Origin: Candidatus Kaiserbacteria bacterium
Lineage (GTDB): Bacteria > Patescibacteriota > Minisyncoccia > Phycocordibacterales > UBA2100
Reading direction: 5' to 3'
DNA: 64,000 nucleotides
NCBI GenBank assembly: GCA_016217925.1
Contig: JACRFK010000009.1
Span: forward strand, 33,191-97,190
In this document: positions 1-7,903 of the stretch, piece by piece
How positions within the stretch are numbered: the stretch's first letter is position 1
Layout: each line of letters starts with the position of its first letter
Notes under the pieces: generated by a model
Database searches by the model: none
The model's input: only the letters and a program-made list of their open reading frames with translations
Told to the model about the DNA's origin: nothing
Made by a program: the position numbers and the translations under genes

Positions 1-330
1 CACGCAATAACATTGATATTGCCGCCAACGACGCCGAGCGAATTGCCGCACTTACCGAATATGACAAGCGAAAAGCGGCGGGAGTCGAATCGGCAAGGAA
101 ACTTGAGGAGGTACGAAATGCTGTAGACAATGCAGCCAACGACGATGAGAGACGAGCGGCGCTTGCGGCGTACGACAAGCAAAAAGCAGCCGAGGCGGAA
201 TCGGCGAGAAAACTTGAGGAAGCGAGGAACGCGGTAGACAACGCCGCGAACGATGCCGAAAGGCGAATCGCTCTTGAGGAATATGACAAGCAAAAAGCCG
301 CGGCGGAGGAAGCGGCGCAAAAGAAGGCAG
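1..330 (+). repeat. Tandem ~114-nt (38-codon) direct repeats, at least 2.7 copies, probably continuing upstream of the window
   Basis: Direct inspection: aacgacgccgagcgaattgccgcacttaccgaatatgacaagc... recurs with period ~114 nt. The encoded peptide repeats in frame. Confidence 0.7.
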
Positions 331-3300
331 GTCCGAAATATTACGATGCATTCGGCACGGAATATTCATCTCCGAAAGTGGCGGAGGTGAGTGATAAACT
401 GCAGTTGAAAGAAGCGGAAATCGGCGTGAAGTTAGAAGCAGCAAAAGCAGAACTCGAAAAGGCGAAGGCAGAGCGGGCGGAAGTCCCGTGGTACGAGAAA
501 ATCGGAAATTTCAATTTTACGAATGACGCCTTAAAAACGCAGGATGCGGTTAAGCTCGCTCAAAAAAACGTCGAATCACTTACCGCCGAGTTCAAGAAAG
601 CGGATGCAGCGGTAACCGCTCTCCAAAAGAGTCCATATGCCGAAGCCGTACTGAACAATTTGCTCACGCAGCCGACGAAGCCTGAAGAGATAGTTGCCCG
701 GAATCAACTCAACGTGAATCTGGTTGAGTATGGCGATGCGGTAAAAACACTCGACCAATTCAACAGGGATCCGCAAGCCTTTGTCGCAGGGGCGGGGGGC
801 GATGAGATTGACTCCATCAGAAAGGGGCTTGAGGATAAGGTAGCATTACTGAATGCGCGGGTTGGGGAGTTTTCCGGTGCCATACCGTTATCGGCTGAGT
901 CCGACAGATTTATCAAACAATCCGTCGAGGCTCAGAAGTCCTTCGGTCAACTGACCTCTGAAGTGTTCACCGGGGACACGGGAACAGCTCTCAAGGCACT
1001 TTCGGACAAAAGTATTGCCTTCTTGGGCGAAGCGCAGCGCGGGTTTGCCGAACCGGGGGTATATTCAGGTCTCGAGCAGACCATTTCCCCCGCGGGAATA
1101 ATGAAGGGACTCGTTGCCGACCCCGTGGCGAATGTACTCGGTGTTCCAACACCCGAAACGCAAGGGGCGAACTTGTCGAAGAGTGAATTTGAAAAAGGAG
1201 TCAGCCATGCGGTCGACGTAGCCATTGTCGCGACGCCCGGCATTTATCCGGCGCTTAAGGGATTGGGGATGCTTAAAGGGGCAATCGACCTCCCGAAAAT
1301 CAGTGCGTTGGATCTGACAGCGGCGAAGGTGGGCGGTGAAGCGGTTGATTTCGCAACCGCTGATAGTCGGATTATCGCGGGAGCGGTGGGAAGAGACGCA
1401 GCAGCAGGCTCAGGCCTTGGGGACGCCGGTGCCGCCGCTTCGCGTAACGCAGCTGAACTTGCCCCACAGGCAGAGAAGGAAATTGCAGCTGCTCGACCAC
1501 CCGCACCCGTGGATACGGTTTCGGCCCCGCGCGTGGAGACACCACCCGTCGAGGCAGCACCAGCGCCAAAAGTGGACACATCAGCACCGCGCGTTGAACC
1601 GGCACCTCCCGAAATCACGCCTGCTCCAAAATCCGCCGAACCTGCGCCAATCGCATCTGCCTCGGAAAAATCCTGGTTACAGAGTAAATGGGAAGACCTC
1701 AAGAGTTCGTTTGGGTATGGCGAGAAACCGACGACTCTGACTCAAGCTGAAATTGATGCGCGAGCGGTTGCTCAAATAGAAACCGAGGCTCCGGTGCAAT
1801 TGAAACCGGGGGCTGAGAATCCGTCAGGAAAAGTATGGAATGACCCGATGCTTACAAAAGACGAATTCATTATTGACTACAAAGCCGTATATCCTAAAAC
1901 CGGACTCACGGACGAGCAGCTTGCAGCGAAGTTTGACGCAGGACAGCGACTCAACCCCGAAACGAGAAGCCTCAAACAAGAATTCACCACCAAGACCCCC
2001 AATCTTCCAGAGGCACCCACGCCGGAAGTAGTTGCGCCAAAGGCGCTTGAACCTATAGCCGCTGCAGAAAAACCATCCCTCTGGGAGCGCATTTTCGGAA
2101 AGAGCGAACCGCCGGCGGCAGCTGAGACACCGAAGGCCGCTATTGCGCCCGAAACTCCGCCCGCGCCAAAAGTGGATGCTCCCGCACCACGCGCCGAACC
2201 GACACCTGCCGAAATCACACCGGCGCCGAAACCGGCTGAGACGCCGACGCCGAGAGCCGAACCGGCGCCCGCAGAAACGACTCCTCCCGCTCGGGCGGCT
2301 GGGGAGCCTGCGCCTGTGGAGCCCGTGAAGAGAGGTAGCGGCGAGGTTTCAAAACCGAACGGGGAGATTGCGATGGGGGATGAAGGCCCTGTGGCGCTGA
2401 GGCCGGGCGCGGAGAATCCTTCCGGAAAAGTATGGAACGACAGGACGCTCACGCGCGATGAATTTGTTGCCGATTACAAAGCACGTTACCCCAACACCAG
2501 CCTCACCGATGCGCAATTGGCCGAACGGTACGCTGCAGGCCAAAGGCTGAATCCGGAAACGGGCAGATTGAAAGTTCCAGAGACACCTGTATCCGTCGCG
2601 GGTGCGACACCCGCAGGTACGCCCGCCGCGCCTGCAGTTGCGGGGACTCCATCGTGGCTCAGAAGTACGGCTAGCTGGGTAGGGGACCATAAAGCCCGTT
2701 CAATAGTTTATGGTGCGGGAATACTGACGGGCGGTCTTGCTCTCTATAATATGGTAACACCGAGGACGTTTACTCCTGCGAATGAATCCCCGGTTCCTCT
2801 GAAGAAAGATGACGTCGTGCCGCCTCCGAAAGCCGAGGTATCACCACCGGTCGTTCGCAAAGATGTCGTTCCGCCACCAGTGACTCGGCGTGACGTTGTT
2901 CAAACGGGGTATCCCGACAACAGCAACAGCGGCGGAGATAACTTTTGCATCAAAAGCATTCAGCCGGTCGTCGTGATACCCAACGTCAAACCGGGGCCGG
3001 GTTGTTACAACAACCCGGGGCAGAATCCCGCCTGGCGCCCGTTCCCGCCCATGCCGCCCGCGCAGACGACACCGCCGACGACCACGCCAACTCCTACCCC
3101 GGCGAAGCCACCCGTTTCCCCGACTCCAACCTCAACGCCGACCACGACACCGCCGGTCGCGAAGCCATACGCGACACTTATCGCAAATCCCCCCACGGTC
3201 TTACCCGGCAGAAAATCACGTTTGATCTGGTCGAGCGTCAACACGTCAAGCTGCGAGCTCTTTGCCCCCGGAAATATCTCCATGGCGACGAGCACACGCG

Positions 3301-3407
3301 GCTCGACGTCTACTCTCCCGCTTGCAACGACGACCCAATTCACGCTCAACTGCAGCGCCACATCGGGCGCCACCACCTCAGCGCAGACGACGGTGACTGT
3401 TCACTAA
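1..3407 (+). CDS. Large repeat-rich secreted/membrane-anchored protein, 5' partial (reading frame open from window start; track ORF 378..3407 is only the part after the first Met)
   Basis: Frame of 378..3407 is open to position 3 with no stop. N-terminal ~38-aa coiled-coil-like tandem repeats (NAVDNAANDAERR.ALEEYDKQKAA.ESARKLEE). Two copies of a ~60-aa module (PGAENPSGKVWND..LT.DEF..DYKA.YP.T.LTD.QLA....AGQRLNPET). Pro-rich APRVEPAPPEITPAPK repeats. One TM segment (SIVYGAGILTGGLALYNMV). Thr/Pro-rich C-terminus. Confidence 0.6.
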   Translation, partial: RNNIDIAANDAERIAALTEYDKRKAAGVESARKLEEVRNAVDNAANDDERRAALAAYDKQKAAEAESARKLEEARNAVDNAANDAERRIALEEYDKQKAAAEEAAQKKAGPKYYDAFGTEYSSPKVAEVSDKLQLKEAEIGVKLEAAKAELEKAKAERAEVPWYEKIGNFNFTNDALKTQDAVKLAQKNVESLTAEFKKADAAVTALQKSPYAEAVLNNLLTQPTKPEEIVARNQLNVNLVEYGDAVKTLDQFNRDPQAFVAGAGGDEIDSIRKGLEDKVALLNARVGEFSGAIPLSAESDRFIKQSVEAQKSFGQLTSEVFTGDTGTALKALSDKSIAFLGEAQRGFAEPGVYSGLEQTISPAGIMKGLVADPVANVLGVPTPETQGANLSKSEFEKGVSHAVDVAIVATPGIYPALKGLGMLKGAIDLPKISALDLTAAKVGGEAVDFATADSRIIAGAVGRDAAAGSGLGDAGAAASRNAAELAPQAEKEIAAARPPAPVDTVSAPRVETPPVEAAPAPKVDTSAPRVEPAPPEITPAPKSAEPAPIASASEKSWLQSKWEDLKSSFGYGEKPTTLTQAEIDARAVAQIETEAPVQLKPGAENPSGKVWNDPMLTKDEFIIDYKAVYPKTGLTDEQLAAKFDAGQRLNPETRSLKQEFTTKTPNLPEAPTPEVVAPKALEPIAAAEKPSLWERIFGKSEPPAAAETPKAAIAPETPPAPKVDAPAPRAEPTPAEITPAPKPAETPTPRAEPAPAETTPPARAAGEPAPVEPVKRGSGEVSKPNGEIAMGDEGPVALRPGAENPSGKVWNDRTLTRDEFVADYKARYPNTSLTDAQLAERYAAGQRLNPETGRLKVPETPVSVAGATPAGTPAAPAVAGTPSWLRSTASWVGDHKARSIVYGAGILTGGLALYNMVTPRTFTPANESPVPLKKDDVVPPPKAEVSPPVVRKDVVPPPVTRRDVVQTGYPDNSNSGGDNFCIKSIQPVVVIPNVKPGPGCYNNPGQNPAWRPFPPMPPAQTTPPTTTPTPTPAKPPVSPTPTSTPTTTPPVAKPYATLIANPPTVLPGRKSRLIWSSVNTSSCELFAPGNISMATSTRGSTSTLPLATTTQFTLNCSATSGATTSAQTTVTVH

Positions 3408-3434
3408 TTTGAGGACGGTGGTACAATAGCAGAT

Positions 3435-3995
3435 ATGAATACAACTTATATTGTGTTGGGAATTGTCGCAGTCGTTGCCGCCTGGCTCGTGTGGGCGTAC
3501 AACCGCTTTGTCCAACTTACCAATCGATGCGAGGAGGCGTGGTCGGATATCGACGTACAGCTCAAGAGACGCTACGACCTCATCCCGAATCTCGTCGAGA
3601 CGGTCAAGGGTTACGCCGCGCATGAAGCCGGCACGTTGCAGAAGGTGACAGAGGCGCGCACCAAGGCAATGGGTGCGACTACCGTGGCCGAGCATGCACA
3701 AGCGGAGAACATGCTCACAGGCGCGCTCAAGTCGCTTTTTGCGGTTTCCGAAGCGTACCCGGACCTGAAGGCCAATTCCAATTTCGTGGAACTTCAGCGC
3801 GAACTTTCCGACACCGAAAATAAAATTCAGGCAGCACGCCGCTTCTACAATTCCGTTGTACAAGAGCTCCAAAATGCGATCGAACAATTTCCGACGAATC
3901 TCGTGGGCAATGTATTCGGCTTCAAGACGCGCGAATTCTTCCAACTCGGCGAGGGTGAACAAGCGGCAAAAGAGCCAGTGAAGGTGAGCTTCTAG
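3435..3995 (+). CDS. lemA: LemA family protein
   Basis: N-terminal TM helix followed by AYNRFVQLTNRCEEAWSDIDVQLKRRYDLIPNLVETVKGYAAHE, the characteristic LemA sequence. Sits immediately upstream of the M48 protease gene (conserved LemA-HtpX pairing). Confidence 0.85.
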   Translation: MNTTYIVLGIVAVVAAWLVWAYNRFVQLTNRCEEAWSDIDVQLKRRYDLIPNLVETVKGYAAHEAGTLQKVTEARTKAMGATTVAEHAQAENMLTGALKSLFAVSEAYPDLKANSNFVELQRELSDTENKIQAARRFYNSVVQELQNAIEQFPTNLVGNVFGFKTREFFQLGEGEQAAKEPVKVSF

Positions 3996-3998
3996 CCA

Positions 3999-4385
3999 TT
4001 GGCCAAGAGCCACTCGCCAATAGAAATGCAGACGTACAAAGATTTGATTGTTTGGCAAAGAGGCGTCACGCTCGTTACGGAAGTTTATCGGCTGACAGAA
4101 AGATTTCCCAAAACGGAGATTTTCGGGCTAACGAGCCAGATGTGCAGGGCTGCCGTGTCGATCCCTTCCAATCTTGCCGAAGGATTTGCCCGTAAATCTC
4201 GAGCGGAAAATGCTCAATTTGTTAGAATAGCCTTTGGCTCAGGTGCAGAGCTCGAAACCCAGGTCACGATTGCAGAGAATCTCAGATTTGTTGGCAAGAA
4301 AGACACGGTGACTGTCCGAGGCCTTCTCGATGAAACAATGCGCATGCTAAACAAACTTTCTTTCTCGCTAATGGCTAAGAACTAA
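3999..4385 (+). CDS. Four-helix-bundle protein (TIGR02436-like; the family often found in 23S rRNA intervening sequences)
   Basis: 128 aa. Motifs WQRGVTLVTEVYRLTERFPKTEIFGLTSQMCRAAVSIPSNLAEGFAR...GSGAELETQ typical of this family. Wedged between lemA and htpX with 3-nt spacers. Confidence 0.75.
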   Translation: MAKSHSPIEMQTYKDLIVWQRGVTLVTEVYRLTERFPKTEIFGLTSQMCRAAVSIPSNLAEGFARKSRAENAQFVRIAFGSGAELETQVTIAENLRFVGKKDTVTVRGLLDETMRMLNKLSFSLMAKN

Positions 4386-5282
4386 TTGCTTATGGCTAGT
4401 TTATACACACAGCAGGGTAAGAATGTATTCCGCACCTGGATGCTCATGGGCATCTTTCTCGTGCTCGTGATAGCGGTCGGATTCGTCATGTCACAGTATT
4501 ACGGCAATCCGGGCATTCTCTACATCGCCGTCGCATTTTCTCTCGTAATGAACGTGAGCGCCTACTGGTTTTCCGACAAGGTCGCTATCGCATCGGCTGG
4601 GGCGAAGCCTGCGGACGAAAAAGAATACATTGAACTGCATCGCATCGTCGAAAATCTCGCCATCACCGCCGGCTTGCCCAAGCCGCGCGTCTATATCATC
4701 AACGACGCGCAGCCCAACGCATTTGCGTCCGGCCGCGACGCCAAACATGCAGTGATAGCGGTGACGACAGGTCTTCTCGCGACGCTTGACCGCTCGGAGC
4801 TCGAGGGCGTGCTCTCGCACGAGCTCTCGCATGTGGGGAATCGCGACATCCTCGTGATGACCGTCGCTGTCGTACTCGTCGGATTCATTTCCATCATTGC
4901 CGACATTTTCTTGCGCATGAGTTTCCACGGGGGGAATGACCGTGACAACAAAAATCCGCTTATCCTGATAGGAACTATTGCCGCCATCGTCCTTGCCCCA
5001 ATAGCCGCACAACTCATACAGCTCGCGATATCGCGCAAACGCGAATTCCTCGCCGACGCTTCCGGTGCTTTGCTCACGCGCTATCCCGACGCGCTTGCCT
5101 CGGCACTCGCAAAGATCGGTTCGTACCCCACGCCCATGCAGCGTGCATCCACAGCGACCGCACATCTTTTCATATCGAACCCCTTCGGCGCACAAAAGGC
5201 GGGAGCATTCGTTGCGAAATTGTTCAGCACGCACCCGCCAATGGGTGAACGGATCGCCGCACTGAAGGGAATGGATATCTGA
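4386..5282 (+). CDS. htpX: Zinc metalloprotease HtpX (M48 family)
   Basis: HELSHVGNRD (HExxH) motif. Four TM segments. Overall HtpX-like architecture. Confidence 0.85.
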   Translation: MLMASLYTQQGKNVFRTWMLMGIFLVLVIAVGFVMSQYYGNPGILYIAVAFSLVMNVSAYWFSDKVAIASAGAKPADEKEYIELHRIVENLAITAGLPKPRVYIINDAQPNAFASGRDAKHAVIAVTTGLLATLDRSELEGVLSHELSHVGNRDILVMTVAVVLVGFISIIADIFLRMSFHGGNDRDNKNPLILIGTIAAIVLAPIAAQLIQLAISRKREFLADASGALLTRYPDALASALAKIGSYPTPMQRASTATAHLFISNPFGAQKAGAFVAKLFSTHPPMGERIAALKGMDI

Positions 5283-5283
5283 T

Positions 5284-5832
5284 ATGGATACAATCGAGCG
5301 GTTGGAAAACGCGAGGAAGTATTTCACAAGAGACGGAAGGTTTATCAGGACCGATGCGTGGAAAAAAGAAGGCAGATACGTAGATCTCTGGAGCGTCGTG
5401 CATGTACTCTCCGGCATCGCGCTCGCGTTCTATCCGCGTTATTTCGGTTTCAGCGTACTCGCTACGTTCATCATCGTTACGCTGCTCTTCATCATGTACG
5501 AGATGTTCGAGGTCATCGTAAAGATCGAAGAGTATCCGACGAACCGCGTTACCGATGTGCTCTTCGGATTGGTAGGATTTGCCCCCGTCTATTTCGTCGA
5601 CCAGTATCTGGGAAGCACTACGAGCATTTTTCTTTGCGGTATCGCGACGACCATTGTGACCGTTGTGAGCATAGTCGGGTGGAGCTCCTCCTACAAAGCT
5701 TCGGTGCTTGAGGAGAAGATGCGCGCCGAATTCATTCGCGAGCGTGACCTCCTGCGTGAACGACGCATACGATTTGCTGCAAACAGAGAACGTCGCCGAC
5801 GAGCGCGGCGCATGCGCGGCCAGCCGCATTGA
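5284..5832 (+). CDS. Hypothetical membrane protein
   Basis: ATG overlaps the htpX stop. Four or more hydrophobic helices. Arg-rich C-terminus. No recognisable family. Confidence 0.5.
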   Translation: MDTIERLENARKYFTRDGRFIRTDAWKKEGRYVDLWSVVHVLSGIALAFYPRYFGFSVLATFIIVTLLFIMYEMFEVIVKIEEYPTNRVTDVLFGLVGFAPVYFVDQYLGSTTSIFLCGIATTIVTVVSIVGWSSSYKASVLEEKMRAEFIRERDLLRERRIRFAANRERRRRARRMRGQPH

Positions 5833-5973
5833 TTGCTGTGCGCAAAGGTTTCTTTCTGGTATAACGAGGGTGGTTGCCACCGCCCACAGCGGGGCTCCGC
5901 CAAAGGCGCGAGGAGGCGTCGGATACCACCGCCTATGGCGGGGCCTCGCCAAAGGCGATGGGTGGTCTAGAAT

Positions 5974-6225
5974 ATGTACTCGGTATATATATTGAAAAGC
6001 CAGATTGCCCAACGCTACTACGTTGGTTACTCTGGCGATGTAGAAGAACGTTTGCGCAAACATAATTCTGGAGGTACAACTTCCACTCGGCCAGATCGGC
6101 CATGGAAAGTCGTGTACACTGAAGTTTGTTCGAACAAAAGAGCGGCGTGGTTGCGCGAGAGGCAGATAAAGAGCTACAAAAGCGGAGAAGCTTTTAAGAA
6201 GCTCATAAATGGAGGCGTCGCATAG
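5974..6225 (+). CDS. GIY-YIG nuclease domain protein (UPF0213-like)
   Basis: YSVYILKS....YVGYSGDVEERLRKHN...WKVVYTE motif order typical of small GIY-YIG proteins. The last codons overlap the predicted tRNA-Ser by ~15 nt, so the true 3' end may be slightly earlier. Confidence 0.65.
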   Translation: MYSVYILKSQIAQRYYVGYSGDVEERLRKHNSGGTTSTRPDRPWKVVYTEVCSNKRAAWLRERQIKSYKSGEAFKKLINGGVA

Positions 6226-6295
6226 TGGTCTAGTGCGCACGCTTGGAAAGCGTGTGTGCCGCAAGGCACCGAGAGTTCGAATCTCTCCGCCTCCG
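6211..6295 (+). tRNA. tRNA-Ser (anticodon GGA)
   Basis: Manual fold: acceptor GGAGGCG/CGCCTCC. D-stem GCA/TGC with 11-nt D-loop. Anticodon stem CACGC/GCGTG with loop TTGGAAA. Long variable arm GTGCC-GCAA-GGCAC. T-arm GAGAG-TTCGAAT-CTCTC. Discriminator G. No encoded CCA. Confidence 0.8.
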
Positions 6296-6309
6296 CAGGG
6301 TAAAAGCAT

Positions 6310-6759
6310 ATGGAAGACAACACGGTCGAAATTTCTTGGGAATATTTATCCGAACTCGTTGACAAGCTTGCCCGGGATATTTCCGCGTCAGACTGGAAAC
6401 CCGATTCCCTCGTTGGCATAACGTCCGGAGGACTAATTCCGCTTGCGCTCATTTCGAAAAAACTCGGAGTCACCGACATTATGACGATTTCGGCCACCTC
6501 ATACACCGAGGACGAGAAGGGTGCGCTGACTATTTCAAATGTCCCAGCCGTTTGCCTCAAGGACCGTTCGGTACTCCTTATAGACGAGATAGCCGATACA
6601 GGCGATACGTTCCGGGAAGTTATCCGTACCCTCAGGACTCAATGCAGCGCCGACGTTCTGAAATCAGCCGCGATCGCGGTGCGTACTGACAAATGTAAAA
6701 CGCGACCGGATTTTTTCGCGCTCGAGGTTGATCGTTGGGTCACGTTCCCATGGGATTGA
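6310..6759 (+). CDS. Phosphoribosyltransferase (purine PRTase-like)
   Basis: PRPP-binding motif VLLIDEIADTGDTF. ~150-aa type I PRTase size. Confidence 0.7.
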   Translation: MEDNTVEISWEYLSELVDKLARDISASDWKPDSLVGITSGGLIPLALISKKLGVTDIMTISATSYTEDEKGALTISNVPAVCLKDRSVLLIDEIADTGDTFREVIRTLRTQCSADVLKSAAIAVRTDKCKTRPDFFALEVDRWVTFPWD

Positions 6760-6822
6760 GCAAGGAGCCTATACACACCAATACCTCGACACACAGTCCG
6801 CACGAGATATGATTGATGCGAT

Positions 6823-7299
6823 ATGACCGTCGTCACGATTTGGCCGATTCTTGCCGCGGGTGCAGCCTCCGTGCTCATCGGATGGATCTGGTACCATCCG
6901 CGCGTTTTCGGTACTACGTGGATGCGTCTTGCCAACATTACCCCCGAGATGGCGGAGCGCGGCAAGAAGATGATGCCGCTCTATGCGTTCATCGGCTTGT
7001 GTGCGAGCATGCTCATCGCGTACGTCATGAACTATGTGGGTATCGCATTTCAGATCTACGACTGGGTGGGTGCGGTCTTTGAGCTCGCGCTCTGGAGTTG
7101 GCTTGGATTTGTGGTGCCCGTCACGCTCGGCACGGTCTTGTGGGAACAGCGGCCGCTCAAACTGTACCTCATCAACGTTTCTTATTGGCTCGTATCTTTT
7201 GTGGCGATGGCACTTATCCTCGTGTTCGGCTCACAAACACTCGTCGGGGGTGCATATGATGTTCAGTACAGTACAGATGGACAATATATCAGTGAGTAA
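6823..7299 (+). CDS. Small polytopic membrane protein (DUF1761-like, tentative)
   Basis: Four hydrophobic helices. W/Y-rich WIWYHPRVFG motif. Family assignment is from memory only. Confidence 0.45.
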   Translation: MTVVTIWPILAAGAASVLIGWIWYHPRVFGTTWMRLANITPEMAERGKKMMPLYAFIGLCASMLIAYVMNYVGIAFQIYDWVGAVFELALWSWLGFVVPVTLGTVLWEQRPLKLYLINVSYWLVSFVAMALILVFGSQTLVGGAYDVQYSTDGQYISE

Positions 7300-7305
7300 C
7301 AGGAA

Positions 7306-7770
7306 GTGAGTATGAAGCGTTTTCTCCTCCCAGTCGCTCTCGTAGCGATTTTTCTTTTTGGCGTGGCAACCTACGAGCTCTACCAACCACCAACCGTGCC
7401 GCCGAGGCAAGTAGAGGGGGTGCGGACAATACAATTACATGGTCAGACCGTTCGCGTGTCGGTCGCAGACACGGAAGTGGCCCGCGAACGAGGCTTGAGC
7501 GACCGCCCCGGCCTTGCGGCGGACGAAGGCATGCTCTTCGTCTTCCCGAGGGACGGGAAATACGGATTTTGGATGAAAGACATGCACTTCTCGATAGACA
7601 TCATGTGGCTTTCTGCCGATCAGCAGGTCGTATACATGGCTCAAAACATATCTCCCGACACGTACCCGCAGGTTTTCCGCCCGAATGTGCTCGCGAGATA
7701 CGTTCTGGAGCTCCCAGCAGGGTATGCAAAAGAGTATACTGTCACTGTTGGCGACAAGATGACGTTCTGA
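7306..7770 (+). CDS. DUF192 domain protein (secreted)
   Basis: Signal peptide. GMLFVFP......FWMKDMHFSIDIMW, matching the DUF192 GMLF / FWMK..PLD pattern. Confidence 0.65.
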   Translation: MSMKRFLLPVALVAIFLFGVATYELYQPPTVPPRQVEGVRTIQLHGQTVRVSVADTEVARERGLSDRPGLAADEGMLFVFPRDGKYGFWMKDMHFSIDIMWLSADQQVVYMAQNISPDTYPQVFRPNVLARYVLELPAGYAKEYTVTVGDKMTF

Positions 7771-7903
7771 GGGGGTCCGACGCTTCGGTCGGACTCCGAC
7801 CGCTTCGCGCGTCGGAGTTATCCACTTTCGGAATGAGTGGCGCGGCACTCTCTGGGCGATACAATGAATCTCCCAATCAAGAGCAATTATTAGGGTAGTT
7901 GAA

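Noticed and set aside
4491-6309. Long minus-strand ORFs 4491..5417 and 5224..6309
   Set aside because: They overlap htpX, a membrane-protein gene, the GIY-YIG gene and tRNA-Ser on the opposite strand. High GC permits long spurious ORFs. No recognisable motifs.
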